A DNA stretch of 14,460 bases, taken from Calditrichaceae bacterium. Lineage in GTDB: Bacteria; Calditrichota; Calditrichia; Calditrichales; JBFXGD01. Position 1 is the first letter of the stretch. Every line of letters begins with the position of its first letter. The stretch spans positions 1-14,460 of the forward strand of contig JBFXLE010000045.1 in assembly GCA_050173015.1 (NCBI GenBank), read 5' to 3'. The notes below the pieces were generated by a model. That model was not told the origin of the DNA. It saw only the letters and a list, made by a program, of their open reading frames with translations, and searched no databases. A program made the position numbers and the translations under genes. Below are positions 1 to 6,948 of this stretch, one piece after another.

Positions 1-93
1 TTAAATTGCCCTTAGTTTATCAATGAGTTCTGATGCTGTAAATATACATAACTTCATGTTAATTAGAAAGTTAAAAGAAACTGCAACATCCTG
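1..93. mobile_element. Terminus of an insertion sequence (IS1182/IS5-like TIR), truncated by the window edge
   Basis: 82-93 TGCAACATCCTG (reverse complement CAGGATGTTGCA) matches CAGGCTGTTGCA at 14343-14354 at 11/12 positions. It is followed directly by TGGT and the right half of the palindrome TCCCCCTT-TGGT-AAGGGGGA. No transposase is visible, so the family is inferred from TIR style only. Confidence 0.7.
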
Positions 94-210
94 TGGTAAG
101 GGGGAAACTGCCCGTTCTTACTCTTTTATCTTTTATCTTAATTTCCACCCGAAGGGGTCGCGGGGTTACGTGGTATGTGTTTACTACAATAATTTCATCC
201 CTCCGGGATT
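94..210 (+). repeat. Mosaic intergenic repeat, copy A (right half only)
   Basis: 117 bp matching 11168-11284 with 2 mismatches. It starts at the TGGT loop of the CCCCCTT-TGGT-AAGGGGG hairpin and includes the CCCGAAGGG...CCCTCCGGG inverted pair. Confidence 0.95.
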
Positions 211-529
211 GGGAAACGGATTAAAGCCTTTGGTAAAACATCTGTATAACGCCAGCCTCTTGATATTTTCATTCCTATTGTTTAAAATGATAACGTTTTT
301 AGTTTTATCTTTTGTTTTTTCTTCAATCATTGTAAATGATTACAAAGTTGAGTTTAGTATAAATTGATGTCGCTTATTATTTGGATATTGTCCCATGCCG
401 GTTTTATAAAAACAAACAGTTTTGGTATAGGGAGTGGTTCAAAAAGCCTTATTCTATTGAACGGAGGCGTGACCGGTTTTCGACGGTTAATTTTTCCAAT
501 ATTTGAATGGAATGAAAATTAGCAGAGAC

Positions 530-552
530 AACTAATCGATATGTTAGATGCA
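530..552 (+). other. Integron-type core site (G^TTAGATGCA), possibly an attI-like simple site
   Basis: GTTAGAT (543-549) fits GTTRRRY. GTTAGATGCA (543-552) is the exact reverse complement of TGCATCTAAC (2193-2202) at the cassette end. It is preceded by AACTAAT plus a 6-bp spacer, which resembles an L box. Confidence 0.6.
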
Positions 553-579
553 ATGATATTTTAACAATTGTGATCTGTT

Positions 580-2187
580 ATGATAAACGTAAATAAAATT
601 TTTGATGATTTTTTCCAACACGATGAAAAAAAAGTAATCGTGTTTAAAGGTAAATGGGGCACTGGAAAAACTTATTATTGGAAAAAATATATTAAATCCA
701 AAAAGGATTTTACCGAAAAAATTATATCTTATGTTTCCTTATTTGGATTGGAAAATATAAATGAAGTTAAAGCCATGATTTTTGAAAATGCAGAGTTTGT
801 AAATCCAGACACATATAAAGACACTATTAAATCGATGGCTAAAAAATCTTATTCTCTGGTACGCCATTTACCAAAAGTTAAAGAATTCAAAAACTTAGCA
901 TCTAAAATTGAAAATTCCTTAATTAAGAATTTTATTATATGTTTGGATGATTTAGAACGCAAATCAGACAAATTAAGGCTCTCACAAATATTAGGTTTGA
1001 TATCAGTATTAAAAGAAGAAAGTCAATGCAGATTCATATTAATTTTTAATGAATATTCATTATCAGAGCAGGACCTAAAAGACCTAAATATTTATAGAGA
1101 AAAAGTGATAGATCTGGAAATATTATATAATCCGAATATTAGCGATAATGTCAAATTAATATTCACACACCACAGGTTCCATATTCTTATAGAAGATTTA
1201 TTTAATAAATTACAAATAAAAAATATTAGAGTTATGAAACAGACTCAATGGAACATAGATTACTTTGCCAAACATATGGATGATGTTGAAGAAACTTTGG
1301 TTGAACGAATAATTAGTAATGTAATATATATATCTTGTTTTCATTATCATGATCAATTTAATTTCGATATTACAACTCTAAAAAAATTAACAGAACAAGA
1401 ATTTCTACGTTCACTTGATAGGGAAAATAAATCTGATGTTGTTTCTGTAACATCATTTGGATATAGATATTTGGAGATCGATGAATTTATCATTGAATAC
1501 ATTAGATATGGATTTATAAATAATAATGATTTTGAGGTAATGTTAAAAGATTTGAACGAAAAAGAAGTAAAATATAAAATTTCTGAAACACTTGGAGAAA
1601 TCTGGAGAATTTATAATTCAAATTTTATTGGAACTTCAGATCGATTTATTAATAAGGCTACTGAATATTTAAATGAATATTCAGGTGGACTTTCAGAACG
1701 CGATTTAAATCAAATATGTACATTTCTTCAAGAACTAGATAATTCAATCGATACAACTCGTTGGAAAGATAATTTTATTAAAACTAATATTGAAAAATTT
1801 AAATTTGATGATTTAAATAGAATCATGAGTATGACCAATGATCAAAATATTATTAAATATTTAACTGATAAGATCGATGAATTGAAAGAATCAAAAACAA
1901 TTAAAAGCATAGTTTATTATATTGTTGAACACAGTGGTTGGAATCCGACAGATCTAATTTTTCTAGACAATTATTCAGAAGATGATTATTTAAATTGGTT
2001 GAGAAATGAAAGTGATCAAAATTTACTTATTTACTTAAGAGATTTTTTAAAAACTTTTAATAGTAATAGTGCAGAAAAAATTTATAGATCAATAGGAACA
2101 AAATTAGAAAATTCAATCAAAATACTTGCAAAAGAAAACAAATTTAATCTAATACGGGCACAAAATTTATTTAAAATGGATATATAA
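580..2187 (+). CDS. KAP-family P-loop NTPase (PifA-like fold), integron cassette gene
   Basis: Walker A VIVFKGKWGTGKT with the typical G-x-W-G-x-GKT signature, YVSLFG strand, Walker B IICLDDLER and YREKVID motif. Very AT-rich. The C-terminal ~300 aa has no recognisable motif. Confidence 0.85.
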   Translation: MINVNKIFDDFFQHDEKKVIVFKGKWGTGKTYYWKKYIKSKKDFTEKIISYVSLFGLENINEVKAMIFENAEFVNPDTYKDTIKSMAKKSYSLVRHLPKVKEFKNLASKIENSLIKNFIICLDDLERKSDKLRLSQILGLISVLKEESQCRFILIFNEYSLSEQDLKDLNIYREKVIDLEILYNPNISDNVKLIFTHHRFHILIEDLFNKLQIKNIRVMKQTQWNIDYFAKHMDDVEETLVERIISNVIYISCFHYHDQFNFDITTLKKLTEQEFLRSLDRENKSDVVSVTSFGYRYLEIDEFIIEYIRYGFINNNDFEVMLKDLNEKEVKYKISETLGEIWRIYNSNFIGTSDRFINKATEYLNEYSGGLSERDLNQICTFLQELDNSIDTTRWKDNFIKTNIEKFKFDDLNRIMSMTNDQNIIKYLTDKIDELKESKTIKSIVYYIVEHSGWNPTDLIFLDNYSEDDYLNWLRNESDQNLLIYLRDFLKTFNSNSAEKIYRSIGTKLENSIKILAKENKFNLIRAQNLFKMDI

Positions 2188-2195
2188 TTTAGTGC

Positions 2196-2325
2196 ATCTA
2201 ACAAACGGCTTAAACGGGAAGCGAACAACGTGGCATGAATTTCAATAATTTCATGTTTTGGAAACACATTTGTAATTCAAAAATTGTGTTTCGATGTTCG
2301 CTCCCCTCAGCCTGAACCGTTTTAT
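2196..2325 (+). other. attC recombination site (about 130 bp)
   Basis: R'' ATCTAAC begins 9 nt after the stop codon, followed by a 5-bp spacer and L'' GCTTAAAC. Arms GGGA-A-GCGAACA / TGTTCGC-TCCC have an extrahelical base. There are two internal hairpins (CATGAA/TTCATG; GAAACACA/TGTGTTTC), a degenerate L' CCTCAGC, and R' GTT at 2319-2321 (GTTTTAT, non-consensus). Confidence 0.8.
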
Positions 2326-2390
2326 TGCGGGTTATAATTAATTGTCTTCACCTTGATCTTAATTTTTAGTAAATTTAATTCCCATAAAAT

Positions 2391-2409
2391 TCGCCCGCTA
2401 TCCGGGCGA
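2391..2409. promoter_or_regulatory. GC-rich hairpin upstream of hsdM
   Basis: TCGCCCG-CTATC-CGGGCGA, a 7-bp stem with no U tract, about 40 nt before the hsdM ATG. Function unknown. Confidence 0.3.
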
Positions 2410-2448
2410 GCACATGAAAATTAATCTTTTGCGAAATGAAGGACATAC

Positions 2449-4902
2449 ATGGCAGTAAAAAAATCGGATTTATACAGTTCACTTTGGGCAAGTTGTGATG
2501 AGCTACGCGGAAGTATGGATGCCAGCCAATATAAGGATTATGTATTGGTGATGCTGTTCATGAAATATGTATCCGACCGTAAAGACCCGTTAATTGAAAT
2601 CCCCGAGGGTACCAGTTTTTATGATATGCTCAAACACCGGGGCAAATCAGACATTGGCGACCAGATCAATAAAATCATTGGGGAGTTTGCCAAAGTAAAC
2701 GGGCTGACCGGTATCATCACCGAAGCGGATTTTGACGATAGTGCCAAACTGGGCAGCGGAAAAGACAAAGTTGATCTACTGACAAACCTGTTAAATATCT
2801 TTAATAAACCGGAACTCAATTTCAGTAAAAACCGCGCCGAGGGGGATGATCTGCTGGGCGACGCATACGAATACTTGATGCGTCACTTTGCTACGGAAAG
2901 TGGTAAAAGTAAAGGACAGTTTTATACACCGGCTGAAGTTTCACGTATTATGGCGCAGGTTATCGGTATCGAGAAATCGGTGAGTCAAACAGAATCAATT
3001 TATGACCCGACATGCGGATCGGGTTCTCTTTTGTTAAAAGTTGCCGATTTAGCGCCGCATGGGATTACCATTTACGGACAGGAAAATGAAAATGTTAACC
3101 GTGCCTTAGCCGTGATGAATATGTGGCTGCATAATTTTTCCGACGCCGATATTCAGCAGGGCAATACAATGGCCAATCCCCTGTTCACCGATGAAACCAC
3201 TGGAGAACTGAAACAATTTGATTATGCTGTGGCCAATCCGCCTTTCAGTTATAAAAAGTGGATGAACGGTTTGGACCCGCTGAATGATGTCTATAAACGC
3301 TTTGAAGGCTATGACGCCATCCCACCCAAAAAGAATGGCGACTTTGCCTTTCTGCTGCATCTGATCAAATCTTTAAAATCCAAAGGAAAGGCGTGTATTG
3401 TTTTGCCGTTGGGTGTGCTGTTTCGAGGCAATGCGGAAGCAACGATCCGGAAAAAAATCATTCAAAAGGGGTACATTAAAGGCATTATCGGCTTGCCGCC
3501 CAACCTGTTTTACGGCACCGGAATCGCCGCCAGCCTGATTGTGATTGACAAGGAAGGAGCCGACCAACGCGACACTATTTTTATGATTGACGCCAGCCGT
3601 GGGTTTATCAAAGACGGCAATAAAAACCGCTTGCGCGAGCAGGACATTCATAAAATTGTGGATACCTTTAACAACCGCATCACCACTGATCCCAAATATG
3701 CCCGTGACATACCCATTGAGGAAATTTCCGACGCCAGGAATGATTACAATCTGAATATCCCGCGTTATATTGACAGTCAGGAGGTGGAAGATATCCAGGA
3801 TATTGAAGCCCACCTACTGGGCGGCATTCCCAAACGGGATATTGAGGCACTCGAAAAATACTGGGCGGTTTACCCATCGCTGAAAAAACATCTTTTTAAA
3901 CAAATAGCAGCGCGTCAGGATTACTATCAATTAAACTGTGGCACCGAAGAAATAAAGAGCATTATATTCGGTCACCCCGAGTTCAGCGCTTTTGGGAAAT
4001 CAATGGATGAGGTTTTTAAGGAATGGAAAACAGAAATCGCTGCCTACACCAAAGCATTTGAAAAAGACATAAAACCCAAATTAGAAATCGCAAGAATTTC
4101 CGAGAGGATTTTATTCTATTACAACGATAAGCCCCTTACCGACAAATATGCCATGTTCCAGCATTTAATGGATTACTGGGCGGAAACAATGCAGGACGAT
4201 TTTTACGAACTGGCCGCCGAAAGCTGGGAGGCAGGCAACCAGGTGATACGCATGGAAAAGAAAACCAAAAGGGGCGATAAAGAAATTTCCAAACCGGTAG
4301 CCGGTCTGGATGGACTGGAAGGCAGGCTGATTCCCCCGCAACTCATTATTAAAAAATACTTTGCCGTTGAACAAAAAGCTATCGATGATTTGGAAGCAGA
4401 GGCGGAACGCTTGAATGCCGTGATGGAAGAAATTCGCGAAGAGCACGGCGGCGAAGAGGGATTGCTTACTAACGCGCTAGACGACAAGGGCAAAATAAGC
4501 AAAGGCAATTTGGGCAAAGCACTGAAAGAACTGGGCAAACGGGATGAAGACATTGCCGAAGAGTATGACAAGCTCATGCAGTATAAAAAACTGCTGGATG
4601 ATGAAAAGGCGGTAAAGGACAAAATTAAAACCGCCAATTCAGAATTAGAAAAAAAAGTAATTGCCCAATATCCAAAACTAAGCATTGACGAAATTAAAAC
4701 ATTGGTTGTGGATAAAAAATGGCTGACGGAAATGGAAAGCCGCATCCGCAATGAAATGGACAATATCAGCCACCGGCTGACCCAGCGCATTAAGGAACTA
4801 GCGGAACGCTACGAAATGCCCTTTCCTAAATTAAGTGAGGATGTGGAGAATTTTACCGGTAAAGTTGAACAACACTTAAAAGAGATGAATTTCAGATGGT
4901 AG
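2449..4902 (+). CDS. hsdM: Type I restriction-modification methyltransferase subunit M (long form with C-terminal helical extension)
   Basis: N-terminal LWASCDELRG, GQFYTPAEV, SAM-binding YDPTCGSGSLL, catalytic NPPF (m6A), GVLFRG and YNLNIPRY. RBS-like AAGGA upstream. Confidence 0.97.
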   Translation: MAVKKSDLYSSLWASCDELRGSMDASQYKDYVLVMLFMKYVSDRKDPLIEIPEGTSFYDMLKHRGKSDIGDQINKIIGEFAKVNGLTGIITEADFDDSAKLGSGKDKVDLLTNLLNIFNKPELNFSKNRAEGDDLLGDAYEYLMRHFATESGKSKGQFYTPAEVSRIMAQVIGIEKSVSQTESIYDPTCGSGSLLLKVADLAPHGITIYGQENENVNRALAVMNMWLHNFSDADIQQGNTMANPLFTDETTGELKQFDYAVANPPFSYKKWMNGLDPLNDVYKRFEGYDAIPPKKNGDFAFLLHLIKSLKSKGKACIVLPLGVLFRGNAEATIRKKIIQKGYIKGIIGLPPNLFYGTGIAASLIVIDKEGADQRDTIFMIDASRGFIKDGNKNRLREQDIHKIVDTFNNRITTDPKYARDIPIEEISDARNDYNLNIPRYIDSQEVEDIQDIEAHLLGGIPKRDIEALEKYWAVYPSLKKHLFKQIAARQDYYQLNCGTEEIKSIIFGHPEFSAFGKSMDEVFKEWKTEIAAYTKAFEKDIKPKLEIARISERILFYYNDKPLTDKYAMFQHLMDYWAETMQDDFYELAAESWEAGNQVIRMEKKTKRGDKEISKPVAGLDGLEGRLIPPQLIIKKYFAVEQKAIDDLEAEAERLNAVMEEIREEHGGEEGLLTNALDDKGKISKGNLGKALKELGKRDEDIAEEYDKLMQYKKLLDDEKAVKDKIKTANSELEKKVIAQYPKLSIDEIKTLVVDKKWLTEMESRIRNEMDNISHRLTQRIKELAERYEMPFPKLSEDVENFTGKVEQHLKEMNFRW

Positions 4903-6101
4903 AGGAATTTAAACATACAGAATTAGGATGGATTCCGAAAGAATGGGAGGTTAAAACTCTTGGTGAAGTTGGTGAAGTTAGAATGTGCAAGAGAGTATTT
5001 AATCGCCAAACTAATCAAACAGAGCAAGTTCCTTTTTATAAAATTGGAACGTTTGGCAAAGAACCAGATGCATTCATTCCAGAATCACTATTTAAGAATT
5101 ACAAAAAAAAGTTCGCTTATCCTAAAAAAGGAGACATACTCATATCAGCATCAGGCACAATTGGCAGAACTGTGGTATTTGATGGGAAGCCAGCATATTT
5201 CCAAGATTCTAATATTATTTGGCTTGCCAATAATGATCAACTTATATCAAATGAATTTTTGTATCACATTTATCAAGTCGTAAAATACAATACTGAGGGT
5301 GGAACAATTCAAAGGTTGTATAATGATGTTATAAATACTACTAAGTTTATATGCCCCCCCACCAAAGCCGAGCAAACAACCATTGCCACTGCCTTAAATG
5401 ACGCCGACAACCTTATTGCCGCGCTGGAAAAACTGATTGCCAAAAAACGGGCCATAAAACAAGGCGCCATGCAGGAGTTGCTGCGCCCGAAGGAAGGGTG
5501 GGAGGAGAAAGAATTGAGTAAAACGGCAATACTGAAAGCACGAATTGGCTGGCAAGGGCTAACGACCGCTGAATACAGAGATTCAGGTGATTATTATTTG
5601 ATAACAGGGACAGAATTTGAAAACGGTTTTATAAATTGGGATAAATGTCATTATGTTGATTATGAGAGGTATAAGCAAGATAAAAATATTCAAATACAAA
5701 ATCGTGATGTATTAGTAACAAAAGATGGAACGATCGGGAAAGTAGCACTAATAAGAAATAGGTTAAAACCAGCAACCCTTAATAGCGGTGTCTTTGTCAT
5801 CCGACCAATAGATAATTCATTTTATCCAGAGTTTTTCTATTATTTATTAATGTCTGAAGTATTTTTGACTTTCCTTTCACAATTAAGTGCTGGTTCAACG
5901 ATTCACCATCTTTATCAAAAGGATTTCGTTACTTTTAAATTTATGATACCGAATTCAATTGATGAACAAAGGAATATATCAAGAATTCTTGCCGATATGG
6001 ACAACGAAATCACCGAATTAGAAAAGAAACTGGCTAAATACAAACTTCTCAAACAAGGGATGATGCAGGTGTTGTTGACGGGGAAAATACGGTTGGTGTG
6101 A
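4896..6101 (+). CDS. hsdS: Type I restriction-modification specificity subunit S
   Basis: TELGWIPKEWEV start. Two TRDs separated by the conserved PPTKAEQTTIATALND...KQGAMQELL helix. C-terminal EQRNISRILADMD...KQGMMQVLLTGKIRL. Overlaps the hsdM stop. Confidence 0.96.
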   Translation: MVEEFKHTELGWIPKEWEVKTLGEVGEVRMCKRVFNRQTNQTEQVPFYKIGTFGKEPDAFIPESLFKNYKKKFAYPKKGDILISASGTIGRTVVFDGKPAYFQDSNIIWLANNDQLISNEFLYHIYQVVKYNTEGGTIQRLYNDVINTTKFICPPTKAEQTTIATALNDADNLIAALEKLIAKKRAIKQGAMQELLRPKEGWEEKELSKTAILKARIGWQGLTTAEYRDSGDYYLITGTEFENGFINWDKCHYVDYERYKQDKNIQIQNRDVLVTKDGTIGKVALIRNRLKPATLNSGVFVIRPIDNSFYPEFFYYLLMSEVFLTFLSQLSAGSTIHHLYQKDFVTFKFMIPNSIDEQRNISRILADMDNEITELEKKLAKYKLLKQGMMQVLLTGKIRLV

Positions 6102-6123
6102 TGGTTTGGTTGTTGTGGTTAAC

Positions 6124-6261
6124 GTAGAGACGCAATGTTTTGCGTCTCTACCCAATACGACAAAACCGGATTCAACACGTAGAGACGCAATGTTTTGCGT
6201 CTCTACCCAATACGACAAAACCGGATTCAACACGTAGAGACGCCATGCATGGCGTCTCTAC
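6124..6261 (+). repeat. Three GTAG-family REP palindromes (28 bp, 55-bp period) upstream of RAYT
   Basis: GTAGAGACGCAA-TGTT-TTGCGTCTCTAC at 6124-6151 and 6179-6206, and the perfect palindrome GTAGAGACGCCATGCATGGCGTCTCTAC at 6234-6261. The two 27-bp linkers are identical. Confidence 0.95.
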
Positions 6262-6318
6262 CACGGGGTGACCCAATAACCCAAACAACCGATTCAACAA
6301 TAAATTGGCGGATGACAA

Positions 6319-6948
6319 ATGGATAAATTTAAAAACAAATACCGCATTCCATCGGCTCGGTTGCCCCATTGGGATTACGGCGCCAACGCCGCATATTTTG
6401 TCACCATTTGCACAGCGCACCGCGTTTGTTTTTTCGGGGATATCCAAAACCATGAAATGCAATTATCACCCATCGGTAAAATCGTGGAAACCGAATGGCG
6501 GAAAACGTTTGAATTGCGACGGGATATGAATCTGGAAATGGATGTGTTTGTGGTGATGCCCAATCATTTTCACGCCATCATTATTATCGGTGAAAACGAA
6601 TTTAACACAAATCCGGAAAACCAACGTAGAGACGCCATGCATGGCGTCTCTACCAATACGATAAACCCGGAAAATCCACGTAGAGACGCCATGCATGGCG
6701 TCTCTACAGGCAAACCACCCCAAAACAAATTCGGGCCGCAATCAAAAAATTTATCATCGATCATCCGAGGATTTAAATCGGCGGTCACCATTGCCGCCCG
6801 GCAAATCGATGCGGAATTCGCCTGGCAATCCCGGTATTACGACCACATCATCCGCGACGAAAAAACCTATTTTAACATTCATGAATACATCATCAATAAT
6901 CCCCGACAATGGGATCGGGACGATTATTATAACAGGCGGGAACAATGA
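6319..6948 (+). CDS. rayT: REP-associated tyrosine transposase (RAYT, Y1/HUH, IS200-related)
   Basis: RLPHWDY..YFVTICT, HUH motif VVMPNHFHAII, LSSIIRGFKS, WQSRYYDHIIR and catalytic YIINNP. GTAG REPs lie upstream and within the gene. Its TGA overlaps the hsdR ATG (ATGA 6945-6948). Confidence 0.93.
   Translation: MDKFKNKYRIPSARLPHWDYGANAAYFVTICTAHRVCFFGDIQNHEMQLSPIGKIVETEWRKTFELRRDMNLEMDVFVVMPNHFHAIIIIGENEFNTNPENQRRDAMHGVSTNTINPENPRRDAMHGVSTGKPPQNKFGPQSKNLSSIIRGFKSAVTIAARQIDAEFAWQSRYYDHIIRDEKTYFNIHEYIINNPRQWDRDDYYNRREQ
6626..6707 (+). repeat. Two in-frame REP palindromes inside the RAYT coding sequence
   Basis: GTAGAGACGCCATGCATGGCGTCTCTAC at 6626-6653 and 6680-6707. The 54-bp period equals 18 codons, translated as RRDAMHGVST twice. 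Confidence 0.95.

Noticed and set aside
23-367. 114-aa ORF
   Set aside because: It runs across an IS terminus and repeat copy A, with low-complexity F/L/S-rich translation. It is a chance ORF.
211-500. Possible intI remnant upstream of the attI-like site
   Set aside because: The minus-strand frames I translated are short and show no tyrosine-recombinase motifs.
6124-6261. CRISPR-like array (28-bp palindromic repeats, regular spacing)
   Set aside because: The spacers are identical, the repeats are GTAG REPs next to a RAYT, and there are no cas genes.
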